Made by a program: the position numbers and the translations under genes
Shown here: positions 47,701 through 58,801 of the stretch, one piece after another
Position numbering within the stretch: position 1 is the first letter of the stretch
How the letters are laid out: each line of letters begins with the position of its first letter
The notes under the pieces: generated by a model
The model's database searches: none
The model's input: only the letters and a program-made list of their open reading frames with translations
Told to the model about the DNA's origin: nothing
From: Antechinus flavipes
Lineage: Eukaryota
Assembly (NCBI RefSeq): GCF_016432865.1
Contig: NC_067400.1
Coordinates: 63,550,001 to 63,614,000, forward strand
Length of the DNA: 64,000 nucleotides
Reading direction: 5' to 3'

Positions 47701-50185
47701 CCGGCTCTCTGGCTCGCGAGGCACCTGGAGCTCGCGGCAGGTCGCCCCCCTCCCCAGAAGCGCAAGGGGTGGGGAAGAGGTGCGGACCTCGCGGGCCCCA
47801 GTGACCGCGCCCCCTCCCACTGCCAGGACGGCCAGGAGCTGTCGCCCAGCCCTCGGCTCCGGATCCAGGCGCTCGGCTCCCGCCGGCTTCTCCAGCTCCG
47901 GTGCTGCAGCACCGCCGATGCGGGCACCTACAGCTGCTCGGTGGGGAACGCCCAAGCTACGACCGCCCGCCTCACCGTGCGGAGTGGGTACCGGGGCTCC
48001 CGCTACGGGAGTCCGGGAGCGGGGAGGGGAGGCTGGGGAGGGAGCCGGTGCTTCGGGAGCCGGGAGGGGGGTCTGACCTAGCCTCCAGGGAGGTCAAAGG
48101 GAGTGGGCCAGAGAGTGGGGTGATGGGGGGTCGGGAGGGCGCCAGAGGTCAGCTGAGTGTCTCTCCGGGCCGGCGGGGCAGCTGGGGAGGCGGAGGGGGC
48201 GGTGTCGGGACCTCAACCCACCCCTCCTTGGTCCGGCCCCTCAGAGAAGGAGGTGTCAGTGCTGCTCGAACTGAAGCCCGTTAGGGCCCGAGAGGGCGAC
48301 GGCGCCACCTTCAAGTGTACAGTGTCCGAGCCCGGTATCCCTGGTTGCTGGCAGCTGGGCGGCCGCATCCTGCGCCCCGGGGGCCGTGTCCGAATCCGAC
48401 AGGAAGGTGTGAAGGCTGATAAAAACAGGACCCCCCACCCCCAGCAGCCGCGAATTCGCTGGGCCCCAACTTCTCGTTCCAACTTCCCCGCCCCCTCCCC
48501 AAAACACACTCAGCTTTGGGACTGCCTTTCCTCAGCTTTCCCCTCCCAGTATCCCTCTCCCTTGTCCCGTGTCCAAGACCACTCCTCCATCTTCCCACCT
48601 TGCCTAAGCACTGGATGGCTCAATGCCTTAACGAGCCTCCCCCTCCCCCGGCAGGCCTCCTGTTCTCCCGAGAGCTTCCCCAACTTTGCGCATGATCAAC
48701 AATGAGCCTCCTTTCCCTCCTCTGTCCCACCCCCAGGGAACCTGCACTCCCTGCTGCTGAGCGAGCTGCAGGCTGAGGATTCTGGGGAAATCCAGTTTCA
48801 GGCTGGTCAAGCCAAGTCCTCCACCCACCTGGAAGTCGAGGGTAAGAAGGGCCCACTTGGGCTGAGGGGAAAAAGCTGCTGCGGACTAAGATCTGAGCGT
48901 TTGTGCTGCACCTGCCTACAATTACTGACCCTCTGAAGTCAGCTGTCATTAAGCCTCGCTGGGGAGGGGGAGAGAGGATAGCGGAGTACTTTGTTGCCTC
49001 CAAGAGGCCCCTAGACCAAAAAGCTGGAAGTCTTGCTAATCTGACCCAGTCCTCTCATTTTACAAGGAGGGAAACTGAGTCCCAGAGACCTAAGGACAGG
49101 TGAAAGGGGACATTCTTAAGGCTAGAGTTGGAAGCTATATAAAGAGGGCCAGGGGGGATAAAGGGGAGTAACATGACTTGATTCCTAGTGTGGGAACTCT
49201 CAATGAGACATTATACATTCACTATTTCTCTTTCTCCTCCACTCCCAGCCCTGCCTCTCCAAATCTGTCGGAAACCCCCTCGGGAGAAGACGGTCTTGGC
49301 CGGCCGTAGGGCAGCTTTAGAAGTGACAGTGTCCAGGGCAGGAGGCCACGTTCGGTGGCTGCTGGGGGGGGTCGATTTGCCGCCCGGGCCAAAGTATGAG
49401 TTTCGAAGCCATGGGGTCACCCACAGTCTGATCATCCACAACGTCCAGCCCACTGATGAGGGCACCTACTGCTGCCAGGCTGGAGAGGACAGCGCCAATA
49501 CGAATCTGCTAGTGGAGAGTGAGTGAGGGATCTGGGCTGGCCTGGGGAGAGAGGGTTGGGCTCAGGTGAGAACTCTGGGAGAGCAGCAGAAAGACAAGGG
49601 TCAGTGGAAGGTCCTGCTTCTGAAGGAGGGTTGGAGGGACAGGGATGGGACAAGGGCAGTATGTGAGAGAGGTGTTTTGTGCTTTAGAGAAGGGGCAGAG
49701 GTCTAGAGAAGAGCCCTTAGCTCTCTCCACCACCCAAAACCCCCCTTCCTTTTTTGTTTTGCAACATCTCCTTCCATGACTGCTCCCTTAAGCCTAGACT
49801 TCTAATTCTAACCTCATATCATTGTCCCTTTCCCACTTGTCTCTCCCTGTGGAGGCAGTACATGGGGTTTGTGCTCAGAAAGGGTGTGGAGGCAGGTGTG
49901 GGGGAGAGGGGATGGTAGTGGGGGAGGTGTGTGAGCTGCAAAGCCTTGGGAGCCTAATCCTGGAAGCCAAGCTTGGCTATGAGGTTTCACAACTCACCTT
50001 CCATGTGGGAGTCTCCCCGTTCTGAGTTCCCTGCATCATCCCTGCTCCTCACCTCTCTCCCTCAACAGGCTCTAAAGCAGGGAAACCCTCATCTTCCTAT
50101 GTATATAACCACTGTGTCAAAGGGAATGAATGAGGGAAAGAGGGAGGCCTGGAGACAAAGAATCTTTTCCTCTGCAGGTAGCTAG
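26723..50185 (+). CDS. OBSL1: Obscurin-like protein 1 (Ig-like and Fn3 domains); 22 exons, ~2011 aa if the 1-nt gap in exon 7 is corrected
   Basis: Exons: 26723-27797, 28078-28347, 28611-28871, 29148-29450, 29579-29875, 32828-33100, 36032-36303 (272 nt, frameshift), 37947-38219, 39242-39514, 40872-41144, 42883-43158, 43251-43538, 43747-44022, 44683-44952, 45291-45563, 46215-46481, 46696-46808, 47827-47983, 48245-48406, 48737-48841, 49249-49518, 50178-50185. The last exon is less certain; read-through would stop at 49526. Motifs FLRFPRPVRVV, KSFWVSEGKHAKFRCYV, RLPRKLDVLEGENAVL and DAGEYLCDAPQDSRIFLV match human OBSL1. Confidence 0.93.
28360..28575. repeat. G-rich minisatellite (~28-33-bp units with core GGGGAAGCCGG(C/A)CT(C/G)GGGG) in OBSL1 intron 2
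   Basis: About six visible copies filling most of the 263-nt intron. Confidence 0.85.
32262..32520 (+). mobile_element. Marsupial Mar1-like SINE
   Basis: GGTGCAGTGGATA...GAGTTCAAATCC...AGCTGTGTGACCCTGAACAAGTCA...GCCTCAGTTTCC...CAAGAAAACC...GGTCACAAAGAG...GACTGAAAAATGACTGAA. Confidence 0.8.
33590..34400 (+). mobile_element. Ancient L2 LINE 3' region
   Basis: CATCCTTGACTCCTC..., CTGACCATGTCACACCTCT...CAATAAACTC, then the tail CACAATGCTTTGCGCATAATAAGCCCTTACTAAATGCTTG. Confidence 0.65.
41890..42662. repeat. Long (GA/GGA)-rich polypurine low-complexity tract containing an assembly gap
   Basis: Almost pure A/G on plus (GAGGGAGAGAGC units), followed by a short complementary pyrimidine tract at 42603-42662. 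Confidence 0.9.
42191..42338. other. Assembly gap (148 N)
   Basis: Run of N. Confidence 1.
44312..44583. repeat. Tandem duplication with ~150-bp period in an OBSL1 intron
   Basis: GAGAAGAAATGGGG...GGTGGGGAGAG(T/C)TGCAA...TTGAGATTAGACTGCCT...GGAGGGTGGGAGTAGAGAGAGAAGGGA starts at 44312 and 44462. Confidence 0.85.
46905..47205. repeat. Degenerate TA/TG-rich low-complexity repeat (recurrent TATGCCTTTAT)
   Basis: AT-rich alternating purine/pyrimidine block within a GC-rich gene. Confidence 0.75.
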
Positions 50186-50278
50186 AGCCAGCCCCAGACA
50201 CAGGATGGATGCCCATGGACAGATGGGAAGCCCAAACAGCCTATGGGTCTGGGGAACATGGGGTGGGAGGCGGGAGGA

Positions 50279-50284
50279 AATAAA
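50279..50284 (+). terminator. OBSL1: Putative OBSL1 polyadenylation signal (AATAAA)
   Basis: AATAAA about 94 nt after the TAG at 50183-50185. Confidence 0.6.
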
Positions 50285-50859
50285 CCCAGCCCAGTCCTCC
50301 TACCTGTCCTTCAGTCTCTCTGTGGCGTTGGGTCACTGCTCTGACTGTTCACACATGTTACAGGGCCCACCACTTTCAATGCTCAACCTTCCCCCACCCA
50401 CCGGCTGCTGGGAAACCACTCCTGGTTCAGGCCTTGCAATTTGGCACATTTATAAAAGATGTAAAATGAGAGGCAGAGGAGGAGAAGGAGGAGGAGGAGA
50501 CAAAAGCACGAGGTGTCTGGAGTGGAACAAATACCAGACATGCACCGTGCACAAGCTCCCAAAACCCACCCACCCAATCTCTCCACCCCTATACCCTCCC
50601 TCCATTCCACCCAGAACAATTCCAGAGACCCCTGCCCACCTTCCACCAAACACCACTGGAATCGGCATCTAGCAGAAGATGAGGAGGGTGGGGGACACAG
50701 GGGCAAAGGGCATTGCGGCCCTGCCCCAGACAAAAGGGATGCAGCCTGAATGGAGAGCCTGTGCAGAAAGCAGCCCCAGCCCATAGGTTGGGATGAGGTG
50801 ACAGGGTGGGCCTTTCCCACCAACATGGGCATGCAGGGGGATGGCCTTTAGGACCAAGT

Positions 50860-51073
50860 NNNNNNNNNNNNNNNNNNNNNNNNNNNNNNNNNNNNNNNNN
50901 NNNNNNNNNNNNNNNNNNNNNNNNNNNNNNNNNNNNNNNNNNNNNNNNNNNNNNNNNNNNNNNNNNNNNNNNNNNNNNNNNNNNNNNNNNNNNNNNNNNN
51001 NNNNNNNNNNNNNNNNNNNNNNNNNNNNNNNNNNNNNNNNNNNNNNNNNNNNNNNNNNNNNNNNNNNNNNNNN
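50860..51073. other. Assembly gap (214 N) in the probable TMEM198 3' UTR
   Basis: Run of N. Confidence 1.
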
Positions 51074-51455
51074 CCCCAGAAGGAAGTCCTCCCCACCAGA
51101 AATCTAAGGCAAGGGGGCCAATGTGTCCCCTCCACACACCCCCAGCATACACGTGACTCCTGAGTTCAGCCCCAAAGGCAAATCCTTTTCCTTTGGGGGC
51201 TCATATGGACCAAGTGAGCTCTCTGTAACCCCTGATGAAGGAGTCTGAGTAGGTTACCCTCAGACTGATGGATCTTGGCTCTCCAAGGGAGCTCTGATGG
51301 GGGGCCAGCCCTTGGGCAGGGAAGGAAGCCCTGGTCCCATCCAGTCCACTGGACAAGGACAAAGCTAGCCCCCACCCTCACCCTAACTGGCAGAGTCAGT
51401 GTCTGAAGTCTCCAGAGTCAACTTTCCGGGTCTCCTCTGACCAGATGAGAGTTAG

Positions 51456-54400
51456 CTATACTCGAACAGGGGGTCCTGAGCCAGCGGTCAGCGGCACTGT
51501 GGAACCACATTCATAATCCAGGTCTACTGGGGGTGCCACAAAACTGCTCAGAGAACTCCCTGTCTGCCGGTCCCGAAAACTCTGAATGTAGCTCTAGGTA
51601 AAAGAAATGACAAATCTGAGATTCACTCCCAAACCCACACCCTTGAGACCTCCCCATCCATGATCTATTCCCCAAAACTCCCGTTCCTATGATGTTCCAC
51701 CCCTAAAATCCATAGGATTGAGACCCTAGTCTCCCAATCTGAACAAGCAGGTCCTGTGACTCCAGAACCAACTTTTTAAAACTGACCCGTGGTGCCATGA
51801 ACAAAATGCCAGCTCTGTCCATGGTATCAAGAACCCAGAATCAGCCTAACCTAGATGTAAGGATTCTTGCCAACAAAGCCACAAGCAGGGAGGTGGAAAC
51901 AAGGGGTACTCACAGGGGAGAGCACGTCTCCATTGAAGCGTTTGACAGGCACAGGCCTTCGTCGATAGCCAGAATCAGGAGGACCGGGCTTTGGTGGGGC
52001 CCGGGTACCCCGAGAAGGAGCCCGAGGGGGTCTCTTCCTTCTTCGCTTCTCCTTCCGCTCCTCACGCTGCCGAATCCGCATCAGTTGTACTCTCCGCTGC
52101 TGCCGGCTAATCACAACTGAGAGGGCAGAAGGTGGGGGGAATAAAGACCATTGGGCACTCAGGCTTTTTTTTGCTCCTAAACCACTCCCGAAGCTTCCTA
52201 CATAATGAACTCCAAGCTCCCAAAATCTACCCTTGATTCCTGATTTTTTCACCCTTGATGTGCTCCCCAATTCCTCTTCCCATTAGAGATAATGGAAGAT
52301 GCACTGGGATTCTCATTTCAATACCTGGATTCTAATCCTAGCTCTTTCCTAGTATCTATGTGACCTCAGACAGATACAAAATGAAAATACTCATTTTCCC
52401 TACTTCGGAAAGTGTTTTATACTTATAAACTATACCTATTGTATATAAATCAAATGCACTATCTCTGTCTCTCCCTCTTCAAAGGGTCATTAAAAGCAGG
52501 TCCCCTCTAGGTCACTCTTCTCCTACTTTACTCCATCCCTTAGTGTCTTCCCCGCTCAAGGTGGAAGGTTCTGCCCTCCTTCATCTCCATTTATCCCCAT
52601 CCTCTCTCCCTCAGTCCCTCTATGTTTGGTCCCCAGGATACAAATATAACCTTAAATTTTCCTTCCCAGTCTTTTTGTCCATTCCTGTACAACATCCCAA
52701 GCCTCCTGGGTCTTTCTCCATTTTCCTATCTCCCCTCTGCCCAATCTGAGACTCCCCCCCCAACAATGGACTCCAGAGCTCCCCCAGTCCTGCACTGGTT
52801 TGATTTGCATCTCAGTGTCTCCTCCGGGCCTCCCTAGGGAGTTGGATCTCTAAAGTCTCTTCTAGCTCTGAATCTATGATTCTGGGCCCTTCCCGTCTAA
52901 GTCCCCTCTACCACCCCGCTGCTAACTGCTTCATCCTGCCGCCCCCGCCCCCCCCACCTGTCTGCCCTCTCCACCAGCCCCACGTCTCACCCTCAGTGTG
53001 GGAGTCCCCCTCAGCTGTGACTCTCCACTGCACCAGGACGCCCATCAGGCTGAGCAGGGGCCAGACGGCCAGGAGGGCCCAGCTCCGCCAGCAGAGCGGA
53101 GGCACCGGGGCCGCCCGCAGCCTCTCCGCGGCGTAGCGCCCCAGCAGCAACAGTTCGGCAAAGTAGTCCGCCGCGGCGGCGATGAGGGCGGCCCCGGCCA
53201 CGGCCGTGGCCAGCGTGGTGAACGGCCGCGGCCAGCGCAGGGTGAGCAGGGCGCACAGCAGGCCCCCTCCCAGCAGCAGCCCCAGGGGCCCCCACACAGA
53301 GCCCGGCTGGTAGAAGGGGCCGGAGCCCATCAGGGCGGCTGCCCCCAGCAACAGCCCGAGCAAGAGGCCGACCAGGAAGAGCCCCACGCTGCGCACCAGC
53401 ATGGCCACCAGCCCGCACAGCAGGCCGATGCCCAGCGCAATGCCCGCACTTGCCCCGCGTTCAGCTGCGTCTCCAGCACCCGCTCTCGGTAACAGAGCAG
53501 GAAGATGACCACTGAGCCGAACAGGAGTCCCGTGAGAAAAAGCACAGCCTTGAAGCAACGGTAACCTGTGGGGAACACGGGTAGGGGGCAGAAAAGGGGC
53601 TAAGACCAAGGTCATGGTGCAGGTCCAAGAGGTGAGGGTCATGGGATGCCAGGAAGATGGGGGATCAGAGAAAGGGATATAGAGATGAGAAACAGAGGTC
53701 AGAGAATGAAGGTCAAAAGGGTCAGGGTGACAGGTCAGAAGGCTAGCAGGACTTCAGAAGAAGGGATTGTGGGATCGGATAAATACTGTAATAGGATCGG
53801 AGAAAAGTAGGTCACGGAGAGCCTAAGACATTAAGGGAACCGAGGAGGAGGAGGGTCAATGGGAAATCTGAGGGCTCATGGAGAGGGTCACTGGGATATG
53901 ATATTAAGAAGCAGACCCTGGGCAGGAAGGATACCATCTTTCTCATACATATCTCAATTCTGAACTTTTCTTCCCTTTCCAGTTCATACCTTGGCCTTGA
54001 TTTCTGAACTACTAATGTAGACTATCATTCATCAGTCCTCATCTGGCTTCCAAAATACTCGAGTTGCTCCAAATTCTCCTGGCCTAAATATGAACTTCTG
54101 CCTTCCTTCCCCTTTATTGCTCCTAAAGCAGAAGCTGGATTTTTACTAAACTTTAAGGACAAAGCAGGGAGAAATAAAACCAATCCACAGAGTAACTGTC
54201 AAGCTATAGATCCCAATAATTTTATCCCAGAGTTCCCCTAATCTAGTCCTAATAGGCTAGCACAGCCTCCTAGGCTAACTAGCCCCATGCCCCGGCCCTC
54301 TCTCACACAGGGTAATACATCCTTCCCCTGGTTTCCCTTCAATCTCTTTTCTGGGTTCCTTCACTTCCAAAGGGAGTACTTCCTCTGATCCTTCCCAACA

Positions 54401-57250
54401 TTAATCTGCCTCATTATCAATGTGGAAGCCAGTAAAAGTGGGGCTTTTCTTCACAAGGAGAGGCCATAAAAGTTATGAAAAGGTTAGAAACCTAGAGATC
54501 ATGAGGGTCCAAAGAAATGAAGTAATGGGATTCAGAGAAATGAAGGCCACTGCCTGCAGAATATGTCAGGAACACAGAGGGAGGAGGGTCTGAGAGATGG
54601 GATGATGGTAAACCTGAGAGATAGAAAATATAAGAGGTCAAAAAAAGAGAAGTTAGAGAAATGTAAAGGGTGGGAACGAGAACAAGGGAGATCAGAGCAA
54701 CAGAATCGATGAGGGCCAAATATATAAATCATAAGGGGCTCAAGAGATGGGGTCACATGACTCTAGAATATCAGAAAATGGTCCAGGGTAAAGTGGTCAC
54801 AGAGAAAAGTTATAGCAAATTCAGATATAAGGGTTATGGAGAAATCAGAGATGTGAGTCATGGGATCAGAGACTGAGCCCTCATTTCATAGAAATGGGAT
54901 CAGAGCAAGGAGTAATGAGGATATATAAAATGAAGGCCAAGTTGGGGAGCCCTGAAGGCAAAGGTATGTGACAGACAAGTTATCTTTGTGTATGTCTGGA
55001 GTGATGGCATATTCTATTTTAGAGGTGATAGAAAGAAGTTATGTTCTTCAAGGATATCAAAAAGCTGTGGAAAGAGGGCTGGATGTGCAGTCTGAGAATC
55101 GGGGTTCAAATTTCAGCTCTGCTACTTCTTCTCGTGCAACCTTGGGTTTAATCCCTCAGGCCTTCAGTTTCTATATTTTTAAATTAGAGTGTAGGGGAGG
55201 GAGATGAACTAAAAGACCTTTAAGATCTCTTCCAGCTCTAAATCTTTATTCCTAAAACTTTGATCTAGAAGGGAGATAAATAATTACACAGTAAAAAGTT
55301 AGGGACCCAGAAAATCCATAGAGATAGACAAACTCTAAGTCAGTGGAGAGAGTTCTGTTGACAAATGGCATCATTTTCTTGGACAAATGGGACTGTAAGG
55401 CAGCCAGAGACTCTAGAGCTAGATGGAATTGCCTTTTCAAGCTAGACCCAGAAAAACATGGGCTAGGTAAAATAGCTTACCATCTAGTACTACCCAGATT
55501 AGGACTGAATGGTTTTTAGTTTACAATTCTAATTACCTTACCCTAGTATTTTCTTGGCAGCTAGGTACTAAGTGGCAGTCAGAGCACTGAATCTGGAGTT
55601 AAGACCTGAGTTCAAATCTGGCCTCAGATGCTTACTAGCTATGTGATCTCAGGCAAGTCACTTCACCCTATTTACCTCAGTTTCCTCATATATAAACTAA
55701 GCTGGAGAAGGAAATGGCAAACCATTCCAGTATCTTTCTTGGTAAAGAAAATCCCAAATGGGGTCATGAAGAGTAAGAAACAACTCAGCAACTGAACAAT
55801 AGTGTATTCTTAATTTGTGTATACATTTTCTCTTCCTAAATAAATCTAGAAATTGACTCTTGTAGTCTTTATTTTTTATGTTAACAGAGGTTAGAAAGGA
55901 AAGAGAAAACAGATACCACAACTGAGCGTTCAAATTATGGTTACAATTGCAAAAGAAAGGAGAAATAGCCATTAAGACTTAGAGGCAGCAACTCTCAGAA
56001 TCCAGGCAGGATTGGGAACCAGAAAGATTAAAGAAGCATGAATGGAACTGTAGTTCAGTAACCTGATAAACTTAGAAAGTAATAAAAAACAAAAAATTTA
56101 AGCCCAAGAGCAAAGGTACCTTCTGCTGGACCAAAGAAGTCCTGGAAGCTGACTGAATTCAGTAAGATCTAAGCTAACTCTGGATCCACTGATAAAATGA
56201 TTAGAAATGAAGTTTAAAGATTGCAAACCAGGAAACAATGGGGTTTTTGCTTTTGGGGTGAGAAGATATGGATAAAGGGTAAGAGTTTAAGAGACACAAG
56301 AAACCAAAGATCTGGAAATTGTAAAGGCATCAGACTTGGAGCTGGAAACTACCTCAGAAGTCATTAATCCAACCTTCTCATTTTACAAATGAGGAAACTG
56401 AGGTCTCAGCTAATAGCAGAGGTATTAAGTAGGTGCCTAGTCAAGGTATCACTCTAGTAAAGTGTCACATGTCATCTGGAAGCTGGTGGTGCTGAAGCCT
56501 TTAGCACACAAGTTGGGATGCAGATATGGACTATTCGAGGTGAGAAGTCGAAATCTCTAGATTTGGGATCAGGGAAAATAGAAGAAAGGAGGGGGTAGTC
56601 TGAGTTCCCATCCAAATGAACTTCCAGGTCCATCTATTTGCCCAGTTACTTTAGAAGCAGCACCCCTAGATTGGGTAACGTCCTACAGTCCCATTACAAC
56701 TCCATCATAAGAGGTTCAGTCGCAGAATCTATAAAAGGGATAGATTCACAGGAGGAAAAAAAAAAAAAAAGGAGGAGGCGGCATAAACAAGAAGCAGCCT
56801 TGTTCTTGGCTTCATACATGCAGCTACTCTTAGGACTAGAAGATGCAGAGACGCCTCCAACCCTGTCCCCTGCCCCAGCTCCGACCCCAACCCCCAAAGT
56901 CCCTCTCTTCCAGCACCAAACAGGGACATCAGGGAATAGCAGGGGATGGGGGTCCCGGAAGGAATGTAAGGAAAGGAATGAGAGAGCTTAAGATGATGGC
57001 TTAGGGAAAGGTATTTGGGATCTTGAGGGAGGGATCGATTATCCCAGGATGGGAGTTGGGGTTCCCCAGGGATTTGAGCCTCACCAAAGAAGCAGTAGAC
57101 AACACCGAAGAGGCAGCACATGGTGCAGACAAGGGAGGGCAGCGCCTGGTACCTCCGCTCCACGGGCTGCTCGCAGGAAACACCCCAGAGAGTTTCATCT
57201 GGTTCAGGGGGCAGCAGCTGGAACCGTAGTGTCTCCACAGTGCCGGACAT
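51456..57250 (-). CDS. TMEM198: Transmembrane protein 198; exons 57085-57250, 52991-53565 (575 nt, 1-nt gap), 51914-52116, 51456-51593; 360 aa after correction
   Basis: Peptides [76 protein letters not shown] and [17 protein letters not shown] match human TMEM198. Introns are GT-AG. The frame shifts at the C4 run 53453-53456. Confidence 0.93.
55555..55800 (+). mobile_element. Marsupial Mar1-like SINE in TMEM198 intron
   Basis: GGCAGCTAGGT...GACCTGAGTTCAAATCTGGCCTCAGA...GGCAAGTCACTT...GCTGGAGAAGGAAATGGCAAACCATTCCAGTATCTT...AAATGGGGTCATGAAGAG. Confidence 0.8.
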
Positions 57251-57272
57251 GGTGCCAAGGAAGGAAGAGGGG

Positions 57273-57396
57273 TGGGGTCACCCACCTGGGGCCGCCTGGC
57301 AGAGAGGGAGTTGGGGTCATCCACCTGGGGCCGCCTGGCAGAGAGGGAGTTGGGGTCACCCACCTGGGGCCACCTGGCAGAGAGGGATTGGGGTGA
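57273..57396. repeat. 39-bp tandem repeat x3 (TGGGGTCACCCACCTGGGGCCGCCTGGCAGAGAGGGAGT) just upstream of the TMEM198 ATG
   Basis: Units start at 57273, 57312 and 57351, with a partial unit at 57389. Confidence 0.95.
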
Positions 57397-58139
57397 CAAA
57401 AGCCTGCTGTCACTAGGATGGGAGCCAGGCTTGAGAGCTTTCGACAAGGACTCAGTGGAACAGTCTCACAGAAGAGAGCATTTAAGCCCACCACTCAGGA
57501 CCATGGGAGATGCACATAAGTTCTCCAGCTCCAAGGCCATTATAACAGAGGGGCAGAACAGTGGGGAGAGAAGGCTACTGATGCCTGAAGGGGCTGAGGA
57601 GAGAAAGATGAAGTGAGATGAAGGAAGCCCTGTGGCTGGAGGGAGTGGAAACAGAGGAACTATGAAAGAGGATGTAAAGGGGATGGGAGACAAAGTAAGG
57701 AGTGGGAGGGGATTCAAGGGATTGAGGATGGAGGGTCTGGGCTGTAGAATAAAGAGGACCAGGGGCTGAGATTATAGTGGGAGATGGGAATGTTGGGGAG
57801 GAAGGAACCAGGGGCAAAGGGGCCGGGTGCCGAGAGGCCTAAGGCTGGGGAGGTCGAGGCAGGGCCGGAGAGTTCCAGAAAAGGGAAGGGGGTCTCGAAG
57901 AGTGTGTTGGTAAGGGACCCCAGGTGGAGAAAACAGTGCATTGTGGGGGACAGGGGCGGAAGGGCTGGTACCTGCACGGCACTGCCGCTGCTCCGCCGGC
58001 TCCTCGCTTGGGTCCCGCTCAGGCCCCGTGGCTCCCGTGGCTCCCGTGGCTCCCGTGGGCTCGGGCTGCAGCTCCAGCTCCAGCTCCAGCTCGGGCTCAG
58101 GCAGGCCCGGCGCCACGGCCCCATGCCCAGCAGCCCGCC

Positions 58140-58801
58140 CGAGGCCTCTTGGTGCTGATGGACAGCTCCGGTCTCTGCTCCTGACGTCACTTCGGGCGCA
58201 CCACCCAGGCGGAGGAGGGCTGCTCCTGACGTCACCACCCTGCACGCACAGTCCGCGTCGGGGGAGGGGACGGGCTTGGCAGAGGCCGGCCCCCGAGCAC
58301 AGAAGAGGGGGCACTTCCGGGCGGAGGAGTGGGCGGGGGTCGGCGATCTTCTGTCCCGCCCCGCTGCCCGCCCCCCTTCGGAGCGGGAGCGCTCGGCTCC
58401 ACCTCCGAGGCGGGGCCGGTCCAGTGACACGTCGGACGGCGGCGGCGACTGCGGCCGGTCCGGGAGAGGCTGGACCTGCCTGCGCCCCCGCGGTTCTGGT
58501 CAGAGCGAGTAGGAGTCGAGACGGATCGCGGCGGCGGGACGCGGGCTCTGCCCCACGGAGGAGGATCGCGCTGTCGCGGCGCTCCCACCCCCTTGCTCCC
58601 CGGCCCCGGGCCCGCCCCCATCCCCGCGCCCCTGCTCCGGCCCCCAGCCGAGCACCCCTTCCCGAGAGCCCCCCTGCGGGGCACCCCCCGCCGAGCGCGC
58701 CCCCTCCTCAACGGGGCACACCCCCCCCCCCTCCCCGGGTTCCGGGGACCGGGCCGGGCTGGGGCTGAGTCGGAGCTGAGTCAGTCTCCGGGGCCGGGGC
58801 C
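58140..58801. promoter_or_regulatory. CpG island, bidirectional TMEM198/CHPF promoter with two full CRE palindromes and an ETS site
   Basis: TGACGTCA at 58182-58189 and 58227-58234; CACTTCCGG at 58312-58320; GC boxes; very high CpG density; divergent gene starts. Confidence 0.8.

Noticed and set aside
53566-57084. Homologue of the human intronic MIR3132 hairpin in TMEM198
   Set aside because: I could not identify a convincing hairpin by eye, and I recall that miRNA as primate-restricted; a folding or Rfam search would be needed.
57273-57396. CRISPR-like direct repeat array
   Set aside because: The units are contiguous with no unique spacers and the context is eukaryotic; it is a minisatellite.
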